64,000 nt of DNA, from assembly GCA_030650275.1 (NCBI GenBank), contig JAUSEK010000015.1:67834-131833 (forward strand), written 5' to 3'. The notes beneath the pieces were generated by a model. That model made no database searches. It saw nothing but the letters and a program-made list of their open reading frames with translations, and was not told the DNA's origin. The DNA is from Candidatus Omnitrophota bacterium. GTDB lineage: Bacteria; Omnitrophota; Gorgyraeia; Zapsychrales; Fredricksoniimonadaceae. Made by a program: the position numbers and the translations under genes. This document shows positions 12,836 through 21,475 of the stretch, piece by piece; position 1 is the stretch's first letter; every line of letters starts with the position of its first letter.

Positions 12836-14164
12836 CTACTCTAATAATACCAAACTTAATCGCTCAACGATCTTTTTGGTTTCCGCGTTCGTTGTCAGGT
12901 CGTTTTCGATCTTTTTGAACGCGTGCAGGATCGTGGTGTGGTCTTTGCCGCCAAAAGCGCCCCCGATCTCAGGAAGCGAATGCGTTGTCAGTTTGCGCGC
13001 CAGGTACATGGCGATCTGCCGCGGGATGATGATGCTCTTGTGCCGTTTTTTGGTTTTCAGGTCCTGCACGGCGATGTTAAAAAACGAGGCCACCTCTTTT
13101 TGCACCATTTCCACACTGATGGTTTTGATGGTTTCTTTGACCATATCTTTGAGCACCTGCTTGGCCGTGCTTAAGATGATGGGTTTTTCTTCCAAAAGCG
13201 CGTAGGCCACAACACGGATCAGAGCCCCCTCCAGTTCCCGGATATTGGTTTTGATCTCCTGGGCAATGAACAGCACAACTTCGTCGGGGACCTGGACGGA
13301 CTCCAGGTCCAGCTTTTTCCTTAAAATAGCGACCCGCGTTTCAAAATCCGGCGGCTGGATGTCGGTGATCAGTCCCCACGCGAAACGCGACACCAGGCGC
13401 TCCTCGAGATTGGCGATCTCCTTGGGCGGCCTGTCCGAGCAAATGACGATCTGCTTGCGATGGTCGTGCAGGGTGTTGAACGTGTGAAAGAATTCCTCCT
13501 GCGTGCTTTCCTTGCCGGCGATGAAATGGATGTCATCGATCAAAAGCACGTCAATGTTGCGGTATTTTTGCCGGAAACTTTCCGTGTTGCGGTGGCGGAT
13601 GGCATTGATGAGCTCATTGGTGAATTGCTCGGACGACAAATAGCAGATCTTAAGCGATGGGTGGAGCTTTTGCACCTGGTGCGTGATGGCCTGCATCAAA
13701 TGGGTCTTGCCCAAACCCACGGGCCCGTAGATGAAAAACGGATTATAGGCCTTGGCCGGCGATTCGGCGACGGCCTGGGCCGCCGCGAAGGCAAAACGGT
13801 TGGAGGGGCCTACGACAAAATGGTCAAAGACAAGCCGGGGGTTGAGGTTTGAGCTCTGGCCGTCCCTCTGGAAATTGCGTTCAAAGCTTCCCAATTTTTC
13901 CTGGGTGGGCTTGTTCAGGAGCCCGGGATTGACCTCAAATTCAACGGCAATGGCCCTTCCCTCTCCTTTGAGGGAGCGTTCAATGACCCCGGCGTAATGT
14001 TCAACGATCCATCCTTTGAAAAATTCGTCCGGCGCTTGCAGCACGAGCGTGCCGGGCGCTTTTTCAAGGGCCTTGAGGTTGGCCAGCCAGGTATCGTAGG
14101 AGGTTTCGCCGACGGCGGTTTTAATGTCCGCCTGGGCCTTGTTCCAAATGTCGAGGAGGGTCAT
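12836..14164 (-). CDS. dnaA: Chromosomal replication initiator DnaA
   Basis: YNPFFIYGPVGLGKTHL, LLIDDIHF, RELEGAL, FGGKDHTT. Confidence 0.97.
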   Translation of the reverse strand: MTLLDIWNKAQADIKTAVGETSYDTWLANLKALEKAPGTLVLQAPDEFFKGWIVEHYAGVIERSLKGEGRAIAVEFEVNPGLLNKPTQEKLGSFERNFQRDGQSSNLNPRLVFDHFVVGPSNRFAFAAAQAVAESPAKAYNPFFIYGPVGLGKTHLMQAITHQVQKLHPSLKICYLSSEQFTNELINAIRHRNTESFRQKYRNIDVLLIDDIHFIAGKESTQEEFFHTFNTLHDHRKQIVICSDRPPKEIANLEERLVSRFAWGLITDIQPPDFETRVAILRKKLDLESVQVPDEVVLFIAQEIKTNIRELEGALIRVVAYALLEEKPIILSTAKQVLKDMVKETIKTISVEMVQKEVASFFNIAVQDLKTKKRHKSIIIPRQIAMYLARKLTTHSLPEIGGAFGGKDHTTILHAFKKIENDLTTNAETKKIVERLSLVLLE

Positions 14165-14190
14165 AGCCAATGGTCTGAATCAATCACAAG

Positions 14191-14314
14191 TTATCCACAG
14201 CTGGGGACACGGCCCCTTCTTTATGGGACGCATTATAACAGAGCACTTTTTCATTGCAACGTCTTTTTTGGACCGAGCCAAAAACCTTGACTTCAACATG
14301 CCCCATGTTATAAT
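14191..14314. promoter_or_regulatory. Divergent dnaA/rpmH promoters plus a DnaA box
   Basis: Perfect TTATCCACA at 14191-99. Minus strand TTGCAA-16-TATAAT (14259-14232, extended TG); plus strand TTGACT-16-TATAAT (14287-14314, extended TG). Confidence 0.7.
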
Positions 14315-14323
14315 TGCCGAACT

Positions 14324-14461
14324 ATGAAAAAACATTTAAAGACCCCGACCAACATTGTCGGGAAAAAAAGACACGGATTCCGCAAACGCATGGCCACCTC
14401 CGACGGGCGTAACGTCCTCAAGCGCCGCCGCGCCAAGGGCCGCAACAAGCTGATCCCCTAG
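14324..14461 (+). CDS. rpmH: 50S ribosomal protein L34
   Basis: Below the ORF-track cutoff; [45 protein letters not shown]. Confidence 0.95.
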   Translation: MKKHLKTPTNIVGKKRHGFRKRMATSDGRNVLKRRRAKGRNKLIP

Positions 14462-14680
14462 ATGGTTGCCCAGGGCCTTATTTTTATCATTCAAGCGTAC
14501 CGGTTCTTCAGCCGTTTTTGGGTCCCCGCCTTCGGCGGGGCATGCCGTTTTTGTCCCTCATGTTCCTGCTATGGCGAAGAAGCCATCCGCAAACACGGGG
14601 CCTTTAAAGGAAGCCTTCAGGCGCTCGGACGTATTTTACGCTGCTCCCCTCTTTCTACGGGCGGCTATGATCCTGTGTAG
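14462..14680 (+). CDS. yidD: Membrane protein insertion efficiency factor YidD
   Basis: CRFCPSCSCY, HGAFKG, RILRCSP, GGYDPV. Confidence 0.93.
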   Translation: MVAQGLIFIIQAYRFFSRFWVPAFGGACRFCPSCSCYGEEAIRKHGAFKGSLQALGRILRCSPLSTGGYDPV

Positions 14681-14704
14681 GGGCACGGCATGCCGTGCCC
14701 GTAC
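14677..14704. repeat. GTAG-family REP palindrome
   Basis: gtaggggcacggcatgccgtgcccgtac; its TAG is the yidD stop codon. Confidence 0.8.
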
Positions 14705-14715
14705 GGAGAATTAAT

Positions 14716-16299
14716 ATGGAACAAAGAACATTTTTAGCCATTGTTTTGTCTATAGTGGTCTTATTTGGGTACGAAGCCATTTTTATCGCCCCCAACAGGA
14801 CAAAGCCTGTAAACAACACACAAAGTATTGATGTAAAAGAAGTTAGCACAGATTCTCCCTTATTGTCGAACATTCCGACAAATAATCAAGAAGCCCCCAC
14901 GAATCAACAAATAAAACCAGAAATCTACAAGATTGAAACCCCCATTGTTCATGCAGAATTATCAAATGTGGGCGGGATACTCCACAATATAAAATTCTCT
15001 GGATCAAAAGCCATGCCCCTGACTGATCTTGTTGCGGTCAAGGGCTTCTCCTCCCTGGCCTTTGCTGAATCCGGACGCAGTAAAGACGGGATCGCCTATG
15101 AACTCACAACCAACAACGTCCGTATTTCAAAAACGTTTAAGAAGCTTGATGACCATACGTTTTTGGCCTTTATTGAAATTTCCAATCTGAATAAAATCTC
15201 CAATCTGGAAAACATCGCTTTCAATGCCTTCACGATTGACGCGTCCATCATTGCTCATGATAATCGGGAAACCATGCTGGACGAATATTCTGTGTTGTCC
15301 GCCAGCAAAGCGTTCCGCAAATCCAGCGCGTTTCAATTTAATGCCAAAGAGGATAAAAACGTATCCGGCATGGTGAAATGGGCGGGATTTCGTGATCACT
15401 ATTCTGCCGTATTGGTCAGACCGGAATTTGAAACAAAAGGATATGAAATTAAAGCGGTTAGCAAGGACCGTCTTGATATGGTTCTTGTGCCGAAGGTCTC
15501 CTTTCTGGCCCCCGGAGCAAAGGCCTCCTACACATTCACAATATTCGCCGGCCCCCAGGATATTGTCTTGATGAAAAAGTACAACAAAGATTTTGAGAAG
15601 ATCGTGGCTTTCTTTAATCTTGGGGCCATGGATGCCGTTGCCAAGGGGGTATACTGGTCAGGCGTCTTTATTCAAAAGATCGTCAAGAGCTGGGGCATGA
15701 CCATTATTCTGATCAGCGTCCTTTTTTACGGCCTGACCTATCCGCTGACCCTTAAAAGCATGATGTCCATGCGCAAGATGCAGGCGGCCCAGCCGAAGAT
15801 CAATGCCCTGAGAGAGAAATATAAGAGCGACCCGAAGAAACTAAACGCGGAAGTCATAGAGATTTACCGTCGAGAAAAGATCAATCCGCTGGGCGGATGC
15901 CTGCCGATGCTGCTGCAGATGCCGGTCTTCATGGCCATGTATCAGGTGCTGTGGCGGGCGTATTATTTTCAAGGCAAGGGGTTTTTGTGGATCAAAGACC
16001 TTTCCCAGCCGGACCGCCTCTTTATTCTTCCTTTTCAATTGCCATTTTTGGGTAATGAGCTTAATATATTACCCATATTGATGGGCGGCGTGATGTTCGT
16101 TCAGCAGAAATTATCCGCCAAGAGCATGGTGGCCACCGATCAAACACAGGCCATGCAGCAAAAGATGATGACGGTGTTTTTCCCGGTCTTTATCGGGTTT
16201 ATATTCTATAAATTCGCCAGCGGGCTGTCTTTATACTTTACGATGTTCTATCTCTTTTCCGCCATAACCCAGTGGAAAATGACCAAGGTTAAGGTGTAA
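14716..16299 (+). CDS. yidC: Membrane protein insertase YidC
   Basis: N-terminal TM, periplasmic domain, INPLGGCLPMLLQMPVF, FLWIKDLSQPD. Confidence 0.95.
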   Translation: MEQRTFLAIVLSIVVLFGYEAIFIAPNRTKPVNNTQSIDVKEVSTDSPLLSNIPTNNQEAPTNQQIKPEIYKIETPIVHAELSNVGGILHNIKFSGSKAMPLTDLVAVKGFSSLAFAESGRSKDGIAYELTTNNVRISKTFKKLDDHTFLAFIEISNLNKISNLENIAFNAFTIDASIIAHDNRETMLDEYSVLSASKAFRKSSAFQFNAKEDKNVSGMVKWAGFRDHYSAVLVRPEFETKGYEIKAVSKDRLDMVLVPKVSFLAPGAKASYTFTIFAGPQDIVLMKKYNKDFEKIVAFFNLGAMDAVAKGVYWSGVFIQKIVKSWGMTIILISVLFYGLTYPLTLKSMMSMRKMQAAQPKINALREKYKSDPKKLNAEVIEIYRREKINPLGGCLPMLLQMPVFMAMYQVLWRAYYFQGKGFLWIKDLSQPDRLFILPFQLPFLGNELNILPILMGGVMFVQQKLSAKSMVATDQTQAMQQKMMTVFFPVFIGFIFYKFASGLSLYFTMFYLFSAITQWKMTKVKV

Positions 16300-16300
16300 T

Positions 16301-16489
16301 ATGGTTATCAATGGCAATGCCAAAGAATTTGAGGGAACTACGGTAGAAGAAGCCATCCAGAAAGCTGTGGCCGAATTGCATGTCCCTAAGGAAAAAATGG
16401 ACGTTAAGGTGGTTTGTGAGGAAGAAAAGGGTCTTTTTGGAATGCGTGGGGCAAAATTAGCTAAGATCAAGGTTGCTCTGAAGAAATAG
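16301..16489 (+). CDS. jag: Jag/KhpB N-terminal domain-only protein
   Basis: EGTTVEEAIQKA...EEKGLFG...AKIKV is Jag_N; stops at 62 aa with no KH or R3H domain. Confidence 0.8.
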   Translation: MVINGNAKEFEGTTVEEAIQKAVAELHVPKEKMDVKVVCEEEKGLFGMRGAKLAKIKVALKK

Positions 16490-16494
16490 ACGAA

Positions 16495-16510
16495 CGTTTC
16501 ACGTGAAACC
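16495..16510. promoter_or_regulatory. parS: parS centromere-like site
   Basis: cGTTTCACGTGAAACc, 14/16 match to TGTTTCACGTGAAACA, 1 nt before the parA ATG. Confidence 0.85.
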
Positions 16511-16511
16511 C

Positions 16512-17279
16512 ATGGCTAAAACCATAGCGATCTGCAATCAAAAGGGCGGCACGGGCAAGACCACAACATCGGTTAACCTTTCGGCCGCCCTTGCTGTTTT
16601 GGGCAAGAGGATCCTTTTGGTGGATATGGACCCCCAGGGCAACACCACGAGCGGGTCCGGGGTCAATAAGAATGACATCAAGGCCTCTATTTATGATGTT
16701 CTACTCCACAAAGCCGGCATTAAGGACATTGTTCAGAAGACCAAATTTTCCAATCTGGATATTGCCCCCTGTAATATCAACTTAACCGGCGCGGAGATTG
16801 AATTGGTTGGCGCCCTCTCCAGGGAAACCAGGCTGAAAAAAGCCCTGGACAGCGTAAGATCCGATTACGACTTCATTTTTATTGATTCTCCGCCATCTTT
16901 GGGGCTTTTGACCCTTAATGCCTTGGTGGCCGCGGACTCGATCCTGATCCCTATTCAATGTGAATTCTATGCCCTTGAAGGGGTTTCCCAGCTCCTGAAT
17001 ACGATCGGCCTGATCAAGGACGGGCTTAATGCCGATCTGGCTGTGGAGGGGGTTTTGATGACCATGGCGGATTTCCGCACGAACTTGACCAACGAGGTCA
17101 TTAATGAGGTCAAAAATTATTTTAAGGACAAGGTCTACAAAACCATTATCCCGCGCAATGTCCGTTTAAGCGAGGCACCCAGCTTTGGCAAGCCGATCAA
17201 CTATTATGACGAGACATCGGTCGGAGCGGTAAAATATAAAGAATTAGCGCAAGAATTTTTGTCATGGAATAATATATAA
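16512..17279 (+). CDS. parA: Chromosome partitioning ATPase ParA/Soj
   Basis: NQKGGTGKTTT, DMDPQGN, DSPPSLG, PIQCEFYALEG, LSEAPSFG. Confidence 0.96.
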   Translation: MAKTIAICNQKGGTGKTTTSVNLSAALAVLGKRILLVDMDPQGNTTSGSGVNKNDIKASIYDVLLHKAGIKDIVQKTKFSNLDIAPCNINLTGAEIELVGALSRETRLKKALDSVRSDYDFIFIDSPPSLGLLTLNALVAADSILIPIQCEFYALEGVSQLLNTIGLIKDGLNADLAVEGVLMTMADFRTNLTNEVINEVKNYFKDKVYKTIIPRNVRLSEAPSFGKPINYYDETSVGAVKYKELAQEFLSWNNI

Positions 17280-17290
17280 TATATGTGTTT

Positions 17291-17357
17291 GTAGGGGCGG
17301 GCCCTGTGCCCGCCCGGAAATGGATAATGTTGGGCCGGCACGGGGGCCGGCCCCTAC
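17291..17357. repeat. GTAG-family REP doublet (inverted pair)
   Basis: gtaggggcgggccctgtgcccgccc ... gggccggcacgggggccggcccctac. Confidence 0.8.
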
Positions 17358-17385
17358 AGAGATAAAAAACGTATGGAGAACCAGA

Positions 17386-18246
17386 ATGGAAAATAAAGCG
17401 TTGGGTAAAGGGTTAGCCGCTCTTATCCCGCAGAAGAAAGAAATGTCCAGTCTGGAAGATTCAGGCGGAGAAGGGGTGTTATATCTTAAAACCTCCATTA
17501 TTAAAGACAATCGCTTACAGCCACGGCAGAACTATGATGAAGGTAAACTGGCAGAGCTGATCGCTTCTATTAAGGAAAAAGGACTGCTTCAGCCCATCCT
17601 GGTCCGCAAAGCGGGTTCCGGGTATGAAGTGATCGCGGGTGAGCGGCGGTTAAGGGCGGCACGCAAACTCAATTTTGACCAGGTCCCGGTCATCGTTAAA
17701 AACGTCACCGATCGCGAAGCCCTGGTCCTGGCCCTGGTGGAGAACATCCAGCGCGAGGAGCTGAATCCCATTGAGGAAGCGCAGGGGTTCAAGCGTTTGG
17801 TGGACGAATTCCAGTTCACCCAGGAAACCGTGGCCGGGTCCATCGGCAAAGACCGCAGCACGGTGACCAACCTGCTGCGTTTGCTGCGCCTGCCTTTGGA
17901 GATCCAGGAACAGGTCGCGGCCGGCAAGATCTCCGTCGGACATGCCCGCGCGCTGTTGAGCATTGAAGACCCGAGGACCCAGAAGGCATTGGCCCAAAAA
18001 ATTATTGCTAAAAATCTTTCCGTGCGCCAGACCGAGGCCCTGGTCAAATCTCATGGCGCGCCAGCGTCGGGAAAGAAGAAAGCGGGCCGGTCCAAAGACC
18101 GCGACATCCAGATCCTTGAGGAGGAAATGAGCCGCATTTTGGGGACCAGGGTCATGGTCGAGGACCGCAAGAACAAGGGCAGGGTGGTTATCGAATATTA
18201 TTCCCTCGACGACCTGGACCGTATTTTGGGGGTTCTTCGTAAATAA
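17386..18246 (+). CDS. parB: Chromosome partitioning protein ParB
   Basis: LGKGLAALI, QPR, GLLQPI, AGERRLRA, ENIQREELNPIEEA. Confidence 0.96.
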   Translation: MENKALGKGLAALIPQKKEMSSLEDSGGEGVLYLKTSIIKDNRLQPRQNYDEGKLAELIASIKEKGLLQPILVRKAGSGYEVIAGERRLRAARKLNFDQVPVIVKNVTDREALVLALVENIQREELNPIEEAQGFKRLVDEFQFTQETVAGSIGKDRSTVTNLLRLLRLPLEIQEQVAAGKISVGHARALLSIEDPRTQKALAQKIIAKNLSVRQTEALVKSHGAPASGKKKAGRSKDRDIQILEEEMSRILGTRVMVEDRKNKGRVVIEYYSLDDLDRILGVLRK

Positions 18247-18262
18247 AAGAATAGGAAAATCT

Positions 18263-19084
18263 ATGATCACAGGCATGACAGGTTTTGGGGCAAGCGAAGC
18301 GGCGGCGGGCAAGGTGAAGGCCTCCGTCGAGGTCAAGACCGTCAATCACCGGTATCTGGACGTGGCGTTTTATTTGCCGTCGGGATTTTCGTCGTTCGAG
18401 GAGAAGATCCACAAGATGGTGGCCAAGGGCATCCGCCGGGGGCGGGTGACCGTGACGGTCAAGATCACCGACAAGCCGCACATGATCATCCGGCTGAACC
18501 ACGACGCGGTGACCCGCTACCGCGGTTTCGCCCGCCAGATCGCCAGGGAATTCAAGGTCAGCGACGGGCTGTCGGCCGCGGACATCCTGCGCCTGCCCGG
18601 GGTGGTGGAGACCAAGGAGATGTTCGTCGAGGCCCACACGCTTTGGCCGGCCGTTGAGAAGGGGCTTGCCAAAGCCGTGGCCGGGGTGGTGGCCATGCGC
18701 CGCCGCGAAGGCAAGGCCCTGTGCGCGGACATCAGCGGCCAACTCAAACGCATGCTCAAGCAGATCGTATTGATCAAGGCGCGCTCGAACGCGCTTTTAA
18801 AAGAAAAGAAAAAGACCTCAAGCCGGGAAGAATTCACCTCTTATCAAAAGAGCAATGACATCAACGAAGAACTGGCCCGGCTGACCCACTACATCGACGA
18901 GGCCAGGGTCCTTTTAAGGCAAAGCGAGGGTGCCGGCAAGAAGATGGATTTTATTGCCCAGGAAATGCAAAGGGAAACCAACACCATCGGCTCGAAAGTG
19001 CAGGACAAGGACGTCGCGGGGGCGGTGATCGCCCTGAAGAGCAAGGTGGAAAAGATCCGCGAGCAAGCTAATAATGTCGAATAA
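18263..19084 (+). CDS. yicC: YicC/YloC family endoribonuclease
   Basis: MTGFG, VNHRYLD, DINEELARL, GKKMDFIAQEMQRETNTIGSK. Confidence 0.92.
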   Translation: MITGMTGFGASEAAAGKVKASVEVKTVNHRYLDVAFYLPSGFSSFEEKIHKMVAKGIRRGRVTVTVKITDKPHMIIRLNHDAVTRYRGFARQIAREFKVSDGLSAADILRLPGVVETKEMFVEAHTLWPAVEKGLAKAVAGVVAMRRREGKALCADISGQLKRMLKQIVLIKARSNALLKEKKKTSSREEFTSYQKSNDINEELARLTHYIDEARVLLRQSEGAGKKMDFIAQEMQRETNTIGSKVQDKDVAGAVIALKSKVEKIREQANNVE

Positions 19085-19688
19085 CAGAGCTCGAAGGTCG
19101 AAGGTCGAAGGTCGAAGGCAAGGAAGAATTGTTATTATATCCGGTCCGTCGGGTTCAGGAAAAACCACGCTCCATAACCGCCTGCTGGACAGCCCCCGCC
19201 TGAAAGGCGCCTTGGTCAAGTCCATTTCCGCGACCACAAGGTCCCGTCGTCCCGGCGAGAAACACGGCCGCGATTATCTGTTTTTAACCCCAGCTCTGTT
19301 CCAGCATAAAATACGCCGGGGACACTTTTTGGAGTGGCAGAAGGTTTTCGGCAATTATTACGGGACGCCCAGACGCCAGGTGCGGACGCTTTTGAACAAG
19401 GGGGCGCACGTGCTTTTGTGCATTGACGTCAAAGGCGCGGCCGTGGTGCGAAAAGAATTTCCCGACGCGCTCAATATTTTTATCAAGACCCCGTCGATGA
19501 AAGCGCTGCGTGATCGGCTGACCAAGCGCGCTTCCGAAAACCGTGCGACCCTGGATGTTCGTCTCAAGGTGGCCGGACGGGAACTCAAAGAAGCCAGGCA
19601 TTATGATCATGTGGTGGTCAATGGACGATTGGACCGTGCGGTCCGTCAATTGGAGCGCATTGTCCGCGGCGAGCTTTGCGGGCATTGA
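19074..19688 (+). CDS. gmk: Guanylate kinase
   Basis: SGPSGSGKTT, SATTRSRRPGE, DYLF, YYGTP. Confidence 0.95.
   Translation: MSNNRARRSKVEGRRQGRIVIISGPSGSGKTTLHNRLLDSPRLKGALVKSISATTRSRRPGEKHGRDYLFLTPALFQHKIRRGHFLEWQKVFGNYYGTPRRQVRTLLNKGAHVLLCIDVKGAAVVRKEFPDALNIFIKTPSMKALRDRLTKRASENRATLDVRLKVAGRELKEARHYDHVVVNGRLDRAVRQLERIVRGELCGH
19091..19118 (+). repeat. Heptanucleotide tandem repeat (TCGAAGG)x4 within the gmk 5' end
   Basis: tcgaaggtcgaaggtcgaaggtcgaagg. Confidence 0.9.
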
Positions 19689-19803
19689 TTGACAATACCC
19701 AAGGGCATAGTATACACTAAGGGTTCAAAAATTCAGATCTCTCGGCCTTTGGCCTCGAGATAAATTCGCCCCGCATAAGCAGGGCTCATTTAGGGGAGTA
19801 CAC

Positions 19804-20043
19804 ATGGCGTATCAACCGTTGGAAGAATTGTTGCCCAGAGCCAAATGGGGGGTTTATCGTTTGGTGCGTCTCGCGTCCAAGCGGGCGCTGGAACTTTCCG
19901 AAACAGGCGCGGCCCTGATCAAAACATCCAGCAACCAGAAATTGGCCACCATTGCCCTGGAAGAGATCCTTGCCGGCAAGGTCATGGATAAAGAGTCCGC
20001 CGAGGAAATGGAAAAGGCCGCCAAGTCCAAGAAAAGGTTCTGA
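19804..20043 (+). CDS. rpoZ: RNA polymerase omega subunit
   Basis: YRLVRLASKRALEL, KLATIALEEILAGKV; gmk-rpoZ-coaBC synteny. Confidence 0.88.
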   Translation: MAYQPLEELLPRAKWGVYRLVRLASKRALELSETGAALIKTSSNQKLATIALEEILAGKVMDKESAEEMEKAAKSKKRF

Positions 20044-20579
20044 TGGTCCAGAAACCAAAAAGAATTGTTTTGGGGGTTTGCGGCAGCATTGCCGCGTATA
20101 AAGCAGGGGACATCATCCGCCGTTTGCGGGAAAAAGGCCGCGACGTCACGGTGGTCATGACCGCAGAGGCCAACCAATTCATCACGCCTCTGACCCTGTC
20201 AGTCCTTTCCGGCAAAGAAATTTATGGGAGCATGTTCGACGCTGATGGATGGCGGATGGGGCACATTGAATTGTCCCGCCAAGCCGATGTTTTGGTCATT
20301 GCGCCGGCCACGGCGAACATCATGGCCAAGATCGCGCATGGTTTCGCGGACGACCTTTTGTCCGCTTTGGCCATGACCGTGCGGGCACCCATTCTGCTCG
20401 CGCCGGCCATGAACGATGAGATGTATGCCAACGCCATTGTTCAGGAAAACCGCGCTCAATTGAAGAAACACGGCGTCCGGTTCATTGAGCCGGTCAAAGG
20501 CAAACTCGCCTGCGGCAGCGAAGGGGTGGGTCACCTGGCCGACGTGGACGATATCGTCAAAGCGGTTTTGAAGATCTAA
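20043..20579 (+). CDS. coaC: Phosphopantothenoylcysteine decarboxylase (stand-alone CoaC)
   Basis: GSIAAYKA, HIEL, APATAN, PAMN, LACG; the CoaB half is absent. Confidence 0.9.
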   Translation: MVQKPKRIVLGVCGSIAAYKAGDIIRRLREKGRDVTVVMTAEANQFITPLTLSVLSGKEIYGSMFDADGWRMGHIELSRQADVLVIAPATANIMAKIAHGFADDLLSALAMTVRAPILLAPAMNDEMYANAIVQENRAQLKKHGVRFIEPVKGKLACGSEGVGHLADVDDIVKAVLKI

Positions 20580-20581
20580 AC

Positions 20582-20656
20582 GGCGACGTAGCCAAGTGGT
20601 AAGGCAGTGGTCTGCAAAACCACTATTCAGCGGTTCGATTCCGCTCGTCGCCTCCA
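20582..20656 (+). tRNA. tRNA-Cys(GCA)
   Basis: ggcgacg/cgtcgcc stem; gtggt-ctGCAaa-accac; ggttcgattcc; encoded CCA. Confidence 0.95.
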
Positions 20657-20662
20657 AAGATT

Positions 20663-20746
20663 GGGCGGGTGGCGGAACTGGAATACGCGCAGGACTTAAA
20701 ATCCTGTGGCCGTAAGGTCATGAGGGTTCAAGTCCCTCCCCGCCCA
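20663..20746 (+). tRNA. tRNA-Leu(TAA)
   Basis: gggcggg/cccgccc stem; cagga-ctTAAaa-tcctg; long variable arm. Confidence 0.95.
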
Positions 20747-20756
20747 TAAATGATCC

Positions 20757-20830
20757 GGACTCGTAGCTCAGTTGGTTAGAGCGTCACGTTGACATCGTGA
20801 AGGTCACAAGTTCGAGCCTTGTCGAGTCCA
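20757..20830 (+). tRNA. tRNA-Val(GAC)
   Basis: ggactcg/cgagtcc stem; tcacg-ttGACat-cgtga; agttcgagcc T-loop. Confidence 0.95.
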
Positions 20831-21475
20831 TTTTATTTTATGCAAGAACAAAAGCTTAAAGAGTTGTATTGTGAACGCCGCCTGTCCATGATGGAGGTGG
20901 CCGACGAATTAAATGTTACGCACGCAAAAGTTTTTTATTGGCTTAAGAAATTTGATATTGCCCGACGCTCCTGGAGAGATAGTGCTTACATTAAGCAAAA
21001 TCGTCAAGGCGACCCGTTTATTATTCCCGATAGATTTTCTTCCAGAGAGAAAGAACTCTTGGCCGCCGGATTGCTTCTATATTGGGCTGAGGGTAATAAA
21101 GGGAAAGATGCTATTCGGATAGCCAACTTAGACCACCGTATGTTGAAGGTTTTTTTGAATTTCCTGAGAGAAGTTTGCAAGGTTGATGATAAACGATTAT
21201 TTTTATACGTTCGTGTTTATAAAGAATTTTCTTTAGAGGAAGCTCGGAAATATTGGTCCGATTTCTTGAATATTGCTCCCCAAAAGGTCTCCGTATACCC
21301 TCATACAGACACCAGAAGCAAAGGAAATAACCAGCGGTCCCAACATGGCATTGCAACGCTAGAATTTCATAATACGAAGTTTAAGCAATGGTTGGATTCT
21401 TCCACTGAAGATTTGATTCAAAAATTATTGGTCATTCCCGGCTGAGGAGCCTTGTCGGGTCCATTTATTTTTATG
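20814..21475 (+). mobile_element. Single-gene cassette flanked by a 29-bp direct repeat of the tRNA-Val 3' end
   Basis: gagccttgtcgagtccattttattttatg (20814-42) vs gagccttgtcgggtccatttatttttatg (21447-75), 26/29 identical; AT-rich interior. Confidence 0.75.
20840..21445 (+). CDS. HTH plus LAGLIDADG-like (LYWAEG motif) putative endonuclease
   Basis: N-terminal HTH (LSMMEVADELNVTHAKVFYWLKK), LLAAGLLLYWAEGNK, ANLDHRMLKVFLNFL, YWSDFLNI, HGIATL. Confidence 0.65.
   Translation: MQEQKLKELYCERRLSMMEVADELNVTHAKVFYWLKKFDIARRSWRDSAYIKQNRQGDPFIIPDRFSSREKELLAAGLLLYWAEGNKGKDAIRIANLDHRMLKVFLNFLREVCKVDDKRLFLYVRVYKEFSLEEARKYWSDFLNIAPQKVSVYPHTDTRSKGNNQRSQHGIATLEFHNTKFKQWLDSSTEDLIQKLLVIPG

Noticed and set aside
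19720-19800. Imperfect hairpin upstream of rpoZ as a riboswitch
   Set aside because: No recognisable aptamer consensus; could be a short repeat or processing stem
20043-20579. CoaC lacking CoaB as a pseudogene
   Set aside because: Split coaB/coaC is known; the ORF is complete and ends cleanly before tRNA-Cys
20199-20657. 152-aa minus-strand ORF beginning MEATSGIEPLNSGFAD
   Set aside because: It is the antisense translation of tRNA-Cys and coaC
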